Assembly (NCBI GenBank): GCA_017499595.2 | Contig: CM039003.1 | Location: forward strand, 1,798,001-1,862,000 | Source of the DNA: Psilocybe cubensis | Taxonomy: Eukaryota | Direction: 5' to 3' | Length of the DNA: 64,000 bases | Shown: piece after piece, positions 53,219-62,267 of the stretch | Numbering within the stretch: the stretch's first letter is position 1 | How the letters are laid out: the number at the start of each line of letters is the position of its first letter | Position numbers and translations under genes: made by a program | Notes under the pieces: model-generated | Told to the model about the DNA's origin: nothing | The model's database searches: none | Seen by the model: only the letters and a program-made list of their open reading frames with translations

Positions 53219-56200
53219 TTATTCCCTCGCGTAAATAGCATACAATGCATGTTTCAAGTTTCCCCCATTTACGGAAATGCGTAGCCATTGAGATACATCA
53301 TTAACAAGGTCATGAACATTACCCTCCTTTACGCATCTATTTCCAGTAGTAATGCCGTCGTGGAACCACACGTCCCCTTGCAGGTCAACATACCGAGAAA
53401 CAAAATGATGTTGCCCGCCGTAGACAACCCCAGTAAGCTTATACTCTACGTTGAAACTATCCGATTTGAACATAATATCAGGGTTTATAGCAAACCGTGG
53501 CGAGCATATATCCACTGTCATAATGTAAGGTAATCGTTCAACCTTATGGCATAGCGACATATATACGATATGCTGATTTTGTGCACACGAAGGGCAATTC
53601 TTCGAACTCAATCGTTGAGCATCGCTCAGGTTAAAACCTAAACTGTCTGAAATAGAAGACACCTCCTGGGAGTCGTCGTGGAAAACGCCAGTGCGTGCCA
53701 CACTTATATATTCGCCTAGTCGCATTACGGGTCTTTGGTCATTGTAGCCGCATTTACTGCACACGAGAACAGACATTCCAGAAGATCGCTGGCCCATCAC
53801 AGCGGTCATAACTCTGTCAATGTATGTCATATTTGGACCCATAGGAAAATCAAGCGGGCTGCGTGAGTGCATATCGTTTCTGACGTCGTTTCGTGCGCTC
53901 TCTAGAGAAATTGATCCATTCTGCACAAGTGCGAATTGTCCGCTGAGTCTGTCTAATAACGGTGTCAAATCACTGAATCTATTGGTCCACATCTCAGGTG
54001 CACTTATCCATAGGTTATATAACACGGTAAAGATGGAGTCGTAACTGCAACTGTAGTTGTCCGCGTCCCACTTTGTACCTACAGGTAGGACCGCAAACTC
54101 GGAGGGTGTGCTTAGCAACATTCGTTTCCTCGGTCCTATACAGTCTGAGCGAATTGGTTGGCGCTTATTGCGCTTATCTTTTGCCCTGTCGGTGACAATT
54201 GCCTTAACACTGTTGAGAGACCAGGTGCCGTCCTTTTCCGGAGTTCTGATAAGCTGCTTTGATGAAGAGACTGCCAAGGTAGGATGCCAGTCTGTACCAA
54301 TGGATTGCGATACGTCGAGAAGCATGAAAGACCGAATTGTCGGATTCCTTAATCCATGCAACACGCCGTCTGGAAGCTGTCCATTGTATTTCATGGTGGT
54401 GATATGATCTAATATATTGAGTTCACGGAATTCCTGGCGCAGGTGCCCACTAATACCCTTTGTAATCTTAGACGCATCGAATCTACCGAGTAAGATGGTA
54501 CCACTGGCGTTCGAACTTCTAGATACACAGGTGTAATAAGACGAATGATCCTTACAATGATCTAAATGTATCAAGTTATAATCTCGCGTCTTACCTTGAG
54601 ACGAATAATCGGTCATGGCAAAATTGGGCAGCACTAATACCTGCTGGCGGTTTACATTGATTTTTGTGCCAGACTTGAGAGTACATGTTACTCGAGACGA
54701 CGTTCGCGTAAGTGGAACAACATTAACAGGCAAGTCAGCTAATGATACAGGGTTCGGCGGTCTGATTAATTCCACGAACAGCGTATCAAGTACAGGTCTA
54801 CCAAACGCACCAACAGAAGATTCCCATCCTACGACGACAGCCTCCTGTCCTTTAGTGATACACAACTCTGTGGCGTCGTTATGCCGTATCATAACTGGCA
54901 GACCTACGCACAGAGAAAGTTTTGCTGGCACTTGTTCGCTAGAACAGGCGCTGCGACCCCATAGGGCTTCCTGAAGACGCTGGGACATCTTTGTCTGTTT
55001 GGTTGCTTTAGACGATCCTGATGGTCGTCCGCGAGGCCTGCGAGTTTCTCCTTCTTGTGTACCCAGACTATCGACAGAGAAAAAATGATGCAATGTACGT
55101 CCGCTCTCTTTAGCGTATCTTGCGATGCCCTGCTCATTGAACCTATCCTTTTGATTATTCCACGCAGTGATAACAGATACGTTGCGAAAAGCAGGGTCAG
55201 TCAATATAGGTTTACCTTCAATAGTCGTCAGTTTAGAAGCTAACCTTGACTTGAGGAACGATATATCAGCGTCTGTACAGGCGGCATACCGCATGTTTTC
55301 AAGTGCAGTGCGCAACTTTGCGTCTTCCTCAGTCTGCGTTTTTTGTCTCATGTTTTGTTTTAGAATAACGACAGTCGTGAATTGGTGCCAGAATATCTTG
55401 CCTAGAGTAGCTTCTTGCTCGGACACCTTCATGCGAGCGTCTTGCGTATGTTTAATGGAAGGACTATAAAAGGGGAGATTACCTACCGGCGGTAGCTGAG
55501 CGAAGTCACCAGCTAAGATCATTGATATACCTCCGAACAGTGTATCGTCGTTAAACACTTGTGACAGACGTCTACTAATGGCATATAAATCCCTCGACGA
55601 CAGCATAGATATTTCATCAATAAAGATATACTTGACACCCTTTAATCGAGCTCGTACGTCATTTATTACTGCGACTTCGTTTTTTGAAAAGTCTTGACCA
55701 CGATCCGACTTGGACCGTATTCCTAATACACTGTGATAAGTAGATCCGTTGAGGAGTGCAGCAGCGGTACCTGTGGGTGCGAGAACCACAAATCGGTGAG
55801 ATTCGCCTCTCGACTCAAACATATGAATGATAGATTTGATCACTTGACTTTTGCCAGTACCGCCCATGCCACCGAGATGCATCCTCAGCTGACCAGGCGA
55901 CAGCAAACTAGCGTGATTGGCAACAATACGGAAAGCCCTTTCCTGTTCCGTATTCAAGGTGAAATCGGCGACTGTAGAATCTACTAACACATTATGTTCC
56001 ATTTGCTTTGCCTTGTACGACCTGAGCAGATAATCCGAAGAAACTACTTTGACGTCATTAGTAGACTCTTCGTTGGAAATATGAATGTTTGTTATATCAT
56101 CTGAGGGATCTGAAGGCACGTAACCGGACAACTTCTGTTTAAACAGTCTAATTTTTTCAGCTTTTATTAGAGATGCCCAGCTCGTATGCGTCTTGTATTC

Positions 56201-59200
56201 AGCAGGCCTGAACATGCTGACTTCTTGACATGTAACATCGCTAGAGGCGTTAGAAAACAATCCTGCAGATTGTATGATGCCATCTACTTCTCGCTTTAAC
56301 AACACCTCTCTGCGGTATGCCTCACCAATCTCTTCATAATCTAAATGATCTTCACCGAATTCAAGGCCGACAAAGTCGTTGTATTGATCGTCGAGACCGC
56401 AACCATCAGGATAGAGTTCATCCGTGTAAACATCTTGTTGTTCTCCGTCTTTCCTTCTTAACTGTGCGTGAAAATCGTCTCTGTCGTCTAAACATTCATA
56501 TCGCAGATTAAAGTTATCCATTAGTTTCAACTGTCGGTCGGAAAAAGCGTAAATGGTGAATGCATGTTCCCAAGTCTGATGCAATGATTTCAAATCTAAC
56601 CCAGACCTCCAAGGTTTGAACAAGGTCAGCATACTGCAACAATAATACTCTCTGTCGCCTTTGTCGCGCCGTGGAAGGGGACCGCCTAGAAAATTGGGGA
56701 CAATATTGTGCGCTCGGGATGAGTCACATTTGACTACGTGAGTGGAATAAAGAGGGTGCTCCTCAGTGAAACGTTCAAAACTTCTTTTGTTTATTTTAAT
56801 ATTTTTTCGCACACCGTCATATTTAACACGTTGATCAGAATCATCATCTGCAGGTATACCAAGACATGCATCAATGAAATCTTCCATCCCCCCGCCTTCA
56901 CGTATGTCGGACGCATGATCATCTTCGAAGGTGAGTGTTTCACTACGCAAACGCTCCATTTCATTTTTAGTGAGCTTACGGCGCTCATAAGATCTAATCC
57001 AGTCGAATAGAGACATGTCTTCTTGAGTGACTGGGCGGTATTTATAATCATCTACATTACTAGAACCTACATAATGACCGTCATGTCGAGCTAATATAAC
57101 TTTCTGTTCTTCATCTTCAGCATTTTCTAGATCCTCTACGGTAGGTAGGTGGGCGGCTTGGTCATCAGTGATACCGGATTTATGACTGCTCCTTGCGTCA
57201 CTTACAAAACTTCTCCACCAAAAAGGTACAAAGGTATGATCAGTGTAATGATCAGGGTTGCCCAATAAATACAAGGAGGCCATCGGAGAACCTATCTCCA
57301 TCTTAGAAGACAGAGAGTTGACAATTTTAAGCATCAACCTTCTGCCTGCGTCTTTACCTTCAATCTTGACATCGTCTTTAACTTTTTTTTCTTCACGTTC
57401 AAACACGTCATACATAGAGGTAAATATCTGATACGTTTTCAATGCGGGTTTGCTAATATAGTCTGATATATAATATATTATTGCTTTTATCGAAGTACCC
57501 GACAACAGACATGTCACGTCGGTATTACTTCTTGTGAGGTACGACAGCGGAAGAGTAAAGGTATTTAACATCGCTTCCAACTTTTTCAAAAATATGTGAC
57601 CGTCGACGTGATCGACTTGAGACTGTTCGTACAGCCTTCGCGGAAATCGTGCTTTACAATTTCCATTCCAATCCAGGCAACCTTTCGGGCCCTTAGGCAT
57701 ATTTTTTATACCTTTTGATCCGTCAGGGTCATCAATTTGCTGACCGTATGAAACAGTGCATCTGTGCACATTGGACTTCAATATGATATCATCGACTGTA
57801 GTTTCGTAATTGTCCCACCATTCAGCATTAGAAATGCATGATGTGCAGTGGTCCGGACCATTGGAATCTTGACAAGCATGTTCTACCGGTATAGGGAGTG
57901 TTAGAGTCGGATCTGCGTAACTGGAATTTACAGCCTCGTCATCCTCTTGTATAATTGAATGAAGTCCATCAATTTCTTTGTCGTAAATATGTGGCACGCG
58001 GTCTTTAACAGTCTGCATGTTTCCTGTAAGAAATTCGCCTTGATGACAGCCTTCCAAATATGATAGAAGGCTCGCCTGAAATGCAGAGTCGTTGTTCATA
58101 ATACGGTCACGGATTTGCTGTGGAGACAAGCAATTCTCAATCCATAGTAACATATGCAAATGTAAGGTGAGTCTTCCCTGCTGTTCTACCGTACCATAGT
58201 ACGCTGAAGTTTTACCATACAAACCTCGATGAATATTGGATCCGACGCCTAGCACGTGTTTAATAAACAATTCAATTATGAGATGAAAAAAACGGGCAGC
58301 CGATACGGGATTCTGTGCAACCAGTCTATTCCTTTCAGAAGAAGGTAATATGTCTGGTGTAAAGGTCAGCTGTTCTTTGGCATAATATATTGATATAGGA
58401 TGTCTGTTATCGGCAGGTGACAAGGTTATAAACCATATTGGGCAACCTTTGAAAGAAAGCAAAGACCATATCTCATTGCGCATATACTTTTTAGACGTGA
58501 TTGACCCTTTAACATATCCTCCAACGTGGTCAAGATCATCTAAAAGTTTGTAACAGTCTTTCTCACTGTCTGTTTCAGGTGATACATGGTCCCCATTTAC
58601 AAGACGAGAGGAAATGTCTTGAAGAACCGTTTTGTCTATAGAGAGCAATCTTTTAGATATCGCATCAAAATTACGGCGTTTTGCAACAAGAAAGCTACCA
58701 GTAACGCCACCTTTCAGTTGCTCGTGATTGAATGCAATAATAGGAAAATAAAGGTCGCGCTGGAAACGCTTATCATGGTGCATAAGCAGTATTCGCTTAT
58801 GTTCTGACTCTGAAAGTTTACGCTTATGACAATGCTGACCTATTCCACCATAACCGTAAGGAAATAGCCAAGGGAACATCTGCGGATAGGCCTGAGGATT
58901 ATCGTACATAGACTGCGGTTTTGGATCATGCCCAATAGCTAGCATTTTGCCTTCATTTTCTATGTGTTGCAAGGCTTTTGCCTTCAAAGCTTGTATGGAC
59001 ATATTGCCATAGTCTGTTCCACTCAAGCCATGGACAGTAAACGGACAAGGTCCGTCTACAGTTCCTTCATCTTCGCCTTCGTCGTGTAGACTCATTGTAG
59101 ACTCCATACGATTAGTACCGTTGCGCTGTCTGTAGTCTACAGCTACGGGGACACCTATCAGCGGGTAAGACTGGAGATTTTTCTTGGATATTTCAAGATC

Positions 59201-61576
59201 AATATAATCCTTATGGTTAAGTTTCAACCATTCCAGAGCATCTGCGACCTTATTGCGACGCACTAGCATTGGACTACGCTTGAACTCTTCTTCCGTGGGT
59301 TGGGTTGGTCCTGTAAATATAAAGGCAAGTACCTCGTCAAGTTCTGGCTTTGAAGGAGGTAATTCATGATACACTTTCAGCGTTGGATTAGAGTACATGA
59401 TGACATTTGCTGTCATTTTAGCCCGCCCAGAGGAAACTCTGACCAGACAGCGATTATGCCGAATGCGAGCAATCATCATGCGCTCTGCAAACGAAAGATC
59501 TTGCAGCTGAGAAGGTATTTTACCTAACCACAAATGATTTGCAAGCGAATGTCTCGGCACATGACCTTTTTTCAACGCAGCAGAGCAAGTATCGCATACA
59601 TGGTTACATGCAGGATCGATCACAGGGCCCGGGATGTCCTTCACCGGGTCGTCAGGATGTAATCTCTCTACACGGGTAGCTCCCTCAACTGCGAGTATGT
59701 CAAGGGGATGATCAAACATAGACAAGTGAGTTAAATTATGCAAAGGCTGCAGCAGACCGCAGACCATGCAGCCTGCTTCCTCCAGTAGAGATGCAGATGA
59801 ATCAGCGCAAAATCCATTGATGATTTCCTCTATCAGAAGCTTTGACGGTGGTTGTGGCGGAAACACATGGTCGTTTGAAGTGTGGTCAGAGTCTGATGTG
59901 GATACAAAAGCATCACCGTTGAGCATGTCAACATCGGAATTAGCAGATTCTGCGCCTGCCTGCCTCTGACGTTCTCGAGATGCTCGTTTATGTAGAACAT
60001 TTTGGTTACGATTATGCATGATTGACTCTTCTGAATTGACTGTACTAGGTATTGCCTCAAAGATATATAAATGAGTGGAACATATACCACATTCATGACC
60101 ATCTGTTAATTTTATCAGAGCAGATTTTTTGGTCTTGGAATTAAATGATGTAATACCGTGTTCTTTCAGTACATCCCGAAGCTCGCTTGAAGTGAGCCAT
60201 TTGGTTGCACTTTGTATAGAAAATCGACAAAGAACTAGACGGCGTTTGTGGGGTGCGGACGCTTCGGCAGAGAGAAATGACTCTAAATCACGTATGTACG
60301 GCATATACCTAACGAACTTGTATGTATCACTATAATTAAACGATGCTGTGCCACTATAGGGTACAATATGACTTTCTATTAAAGCAGATGAAACGAAGCG
60401 AGAAAAATTTACAGCACTGTCTGTAAGTTCAAACTGCCGATCTGGATTACAAGAAGATGAATTGCTCTTAATTTTTCTATCTGACACTGATACCACACGT
60501 TCAAAAATACAGACATTACGAAGGCAAGTTCCGCACACATGATCACGCAAAAGTTCAATGGCATTGCCTCTATTTGTGGTTGAATTGATGCCGTACACTC
60601 CATGTAAACTTGCAATAGACCTAATTTCAGAAACAGACAGCCAACTAGCAGTGTCAAAGAGAGAGAACCTAGCAACTATTAAATCAGATATATTGTCAAT
60701 GGAAGTTGAAATGTGAGCGTCTGTAGCAAGGTACTTCACAAATCTGTATTTAGTTTTAGCTTGAACGGAGGCACATCCCGTATCTTGTACCACACGGTAT
60801 CGCAAAATCTCTGAGCTGACAACCTTTGAAACACCGCCACCTCCGCCTTGCAAGACATCGGAAGGATGATAGTATGAGCATTCAGAAACATTAGCAGTAA
60901 ATGAGATGTAGTGGAAATAGTTGAGACCGAATAACCAGGAACACTGAAACGGATACATTAGAACGCCCTTCGATACTATATTAATGAAGGGATATTTCTC
61001 TGACCAAAGACGAGGTTGCGTGTAATGTCTGTCGAGCGTGAATTGATGCAAGGCGCATCTTGGCAAAATGGCTACCAGGCACCTATTATATTCCCACTTC
61101 CTGAGATGATTACGTTGGAGCAACAGAGATACTAAAATAGAAACTCTACGTGTATACGTTGCAGGCGTGAATCTTAACCACAAATAAGCCGACATTGAAT
61201 GACAATCAATATATATGAAGCGGCGAAATTGCGAGTGCAACAAACGCACATTTCCATACGAGTGGGACTGTTTGACGGGTATCTCAGAAGCGGACGTAGT
61301 AGTACGATTCAAGCAATGCATAACATGAACTAATACTACAGTAAGACGCACTCTACAAACTTTGTGCCCACTTGATACGCTGCTAGATCTAGTACATGTA
61401 CGACTACGCAATAGATTATTGCCAGGAAATCGAACATCGTAGGTTGGAAATTCCCCACAGGGTAAGCAAAAGTCTATTGACCAATTATTTGTTTTAAACA
61501 ACTGTTGATTGACAGCTATACAACTACTAAGCATCGATATTGTTCGAGAATCACCAGCATAATTGGATGCGTTCAA
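53219..61576 (-). CDS. Helitron Rep-helicase transposase (DUF6570-like + HUH/Y2 Rep + PIF1 SF1B helicase) with a C-terminal USP-like protease domain
   Basis: Stop-free 2,785 codons; the ORF begins at TTG, so the true start is uncertain. LANHLWLGKIP..LQDLSFAERMMIAR (DUF6570-like) and FPWLFPYGYGG. Rep motifs: WFITLSPADNRHP, GTVEQQGRLTLHLHMLLW (HUH, ~58141-58200) and YYISDYISK (~57451-57480). PIF1 motifs: GMGGTGKS (~55845-55873), LAPTGTAA, FIDEISM, GDFAQLPPV, LKQNMRQ, FAMTDYSSQGKT, YTCVSR. Confidence 0.95.
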   Translation of the reverse strand: MNASNYAGDSRTISMLSSCIAVNQQLFKTNNWSIDFCLPCGEFPTYDVRFPGNNLLRSRTCTRSSSVSSGHKVCRVRLTVVLVHVMHCLNRTTTSASEIPVKQSHSYGNVRLLHSQFRRFIYIDCHSMSAYLWLRFTPATYTRRVSILVSLLLQRNHLRKWEYNRCLVAILPRCALHQFTLDRHYTQPRLWSEKYPFINIVSKGVLMYPFQCSWLFGLNYFHYISFTANVSECSYYHPSDVLQGGGGGVSKVVSSEILRYRVVQDTGCASVQAKTKYRFVKYLATDAHISTSIDNISDLIVARFSLFDTASWLSVSEIRSIASLHGVYGINSTTNRGNAIELLRDHVCGTCLRNVCIFERVVSVSDRKIKSNSSSCNPDRQFELTDSAVNFSRFVSSALIESHIVPYSGTASFNYSDTYKFVRYMPYIRDLESFLSAEASAPHKRRLVLCRFSIQSATKWLTSSELRDVLKEHGITSFNSKTKKSALIKLTDGHECGICSTHLYIFEAIPSTVNSEESIMHNRNQNVLHKRASRERQRQAGAESANSDVDMLNGDAFVSTSDSDHTSNDHVFPPQPPSKLLIEEIINGFCADSSASLLEEAGCMVCGLLQPLHNLTHLSMFDHPLDILAVEGATRVERLHPDDPVKDIPGPVIDPACNHVCDTCSAALKKGHVPRHSLANHLWLGKIPSQLQDLSFAERMMIARIRHNRCLVRVSSGRAKMTANVIMYSNPTLKVYHELPPSKPELDEVLAFIFTGPTQPTEEEFKRSPMLVRRNKVADALEWLKLNHKDYIDLEISKKNLQSYPLIGVPVAVDYRQRNGTNRMESTMSLHDEGEDEGTVDGPCPFTVHGLSGTDYGNMSIQALKAKALQHIENEGKMLAIGHDPKPQSMYDNPQAYPQMFPWLFPYGYGGIGQHCHKRKLSESEHKRILLMHHDKRFQRDLYFPIIAFNHEQLKGGVTGSFLVAKRRNFDAISKRLLSIDKTVLQDISSRLVNGDHVSPETDSEKDCYKLLDDLDHVGGYVKGSITSKKYMRNEIWSLLSFKGCPIWFITLSPADNRHPISIYYAKEQLTFTPDILPSSERNRLVAQNPVSAARFFHLIIELFIKHVLGVGSNIHRGLYGKTSAYYGTVEQQGRLTLHLHMLLWIENCLSPQQIRDRIMNNDSAFQASLLSYLEGCHQGEFLTGNMQTVKDRVPHIYDKEIDGLHSIIQEDDEAVNSSYADPTLTLPIPVEHACQDSNGPDHCTSCISNAEWWDNYETTVDDIILKSNVHRCTVSYGQQIDDPDGSKGIKNMPKGPKGCLDWNGNCKARFPRRLYEQSQVDHVDGHIFLKKLEAMLNTFTLPLSYLTRSNTDVTCLLSGTSIKAIIYYISDYISKPALKTYQIFTSMYDVFEREEKKVKDDVKIEGKDAGRRLMLKIVNSLSSKMEIGSPMASLYLLGNPDHYTDHTFVPFWWRSFVSDARSSHKSGITDDQAAHLPTVEDLENAEDEEQKVILARHDGHYVGSSNVDDYKYRPVTQEDMSLFDWIRSYERRKLTKNEMERLRSETLTFEDDHASDIREGGGMEDFIDACLGIPADDDSDQRVKYDGVRKNIKINKRSFERFTEEHPLYSTHVVKCDSSRAHNIVPNFLGGPLPRRDKGDREYYCCSMLTLFKPWRSGLDLKSLHQTWEHAFTIYAFSDRQLKLMDNFNLRYECLDDRDDFHAQLRRKDGEQQDVYTDELYPDGCGLDDQYNDFVGLEFGEDHLDYEEIGEAYRREVLLKREVDGIIQSAGLFSNASSDVTCQEVSMFRPAEYKTHTSWASLIKAEKIRLFKQKLSGYVPSDPSDDITNIHISNEESTNDVKVVSSDYLLRSYKAKQMEHNVLVDSTVADFTLNTEQERAFRIVANHASLLSPGQLRMHLGGMGGTGKSQVIKSIIHMFESRGESHRFVVLAPTGTAAALLNGSTYHSVLGIRSKSDRGQDFSKNEVAVINDVRARLKGVKYIFIDEISMLSSRDLYAISRRLSQVFNDDTLFGGISMILAGDFAQLPPVGNLPFYSPSIKHTQDARMKVSEQEATLGKIFWHQFTTVVILKQNMRQKTQTEEDAKLRTALENMRYAACTDADISFLKSRLASKLTTIEGKPILTDPAFRNVSVITAWNNQKDRFNEQGIARYAKESGRTLHHFFSVDSLGTQEGETRRPRGRPSGSSKATKQTKMSQRLQEALWGRSACSSEQVPAKLSLCVGLPVMIRHNDATELCITKGQEAVVVGWESSVGAFGRPVLDTLFVELIRPPNPVSLADLPVNVVPLTRTSSRVTCTLKSGTKINVNRQQVLVLPNFAMTDYSSQGKTRDYNLIHLDHCKDHSSYYTCVSRSSNASGTILLGRFDASKITKGISGHLRQEFRELNILDHITTMKYNGQLPDGVLHGLRNPTIRSFMLLDVSQSIGTDWHPTLAVSSSKQLIRTPEKDGTWSLNSVKAIVTDRAKDKRNKRQPIRSDCIGPRKRMLLSTPSEFAVLPVGTKWDADNYSCSYDSIFTVLYNLWISAPEMWTNRFSDLTPLLDRLSGQFALVQNGSISLESARNDVRNDMHSRSPLDFPMGPNMTYIDRVMTAVMGQRSSGMSVLVCSKCGYNDQRPVMRLGEYISVARTGVFHDDSQEVSSISDSLGFNLSDAQRLSSKNCPSCAQNQHIVYMSLCHKVERLPYIMTVDICSPRFAINPDIMFKSDSFNVEYKLTGVVYGGQHHFVSRYVDLQGDVWFHDGITTGNRCVKEGNVHDLVNDVSQWLRISVNGGNLKHALYAIYARE

Positions 61577-62267
61577 GGAGTGTACATTAATGCAACATTG
61601 TATGTGGCCACATAGGATTCCTACAAAATAGCGACAAATGTCAGATCATACACAGTACACATAAGGAGAAGATAACTCACCCCAACCAGAAACTAAAATA
61701 AAAAGAGCGTAGAAATGAAGTGATGCGGCGAGCATATATAAAAGAGTAATGTAAGTTTCAAGGTAAATAGATATGTTCACTAGTCTGATGGATATGAGTG
61801 TGAGATCGATCAAGGGGGGGGGGGAGGAATGTGTAGGAATAATTAAAGGAATCGCATCGAGGACCCTCGATTTATATAAGTAGACACTGACAACAGGTAA
61901 CACCGGGTAACTCTGTGTAGCGTACGATTATTGACAACGGGCGCTTAAATTTTGGCAGAGGGGACACGCAAAGGAAAAGCATATGTCCAACTGTAATGCC
62001 ATGATAATATGTATGTATTATTATATCGGGAGAAATTTGTACGGAAGACAAGTAGAATATGATACGAAGCAGTTGATAAGACAGAATACTAACTGGATAT
62101 TCAAAGATACAGGAAGCAGAGTACAAATGACACGAAGAAAGAACAAAAACATTGAAGTAATAGACTACGCGACGTATATGATACCAAAAAATAACAACAG
62201 ATAGCAAGGAGAATGTAAATAATACCATAACTATGTGTATTAAAAGACATTAGGTTTAATGAAATAT

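Noticed and set aside
53288-60675. Numerous short ORFs overlapping RepHel in other frames or on the other strand
   Set aside because: Shadow ORFs of the long coding frame, with no independent signals.
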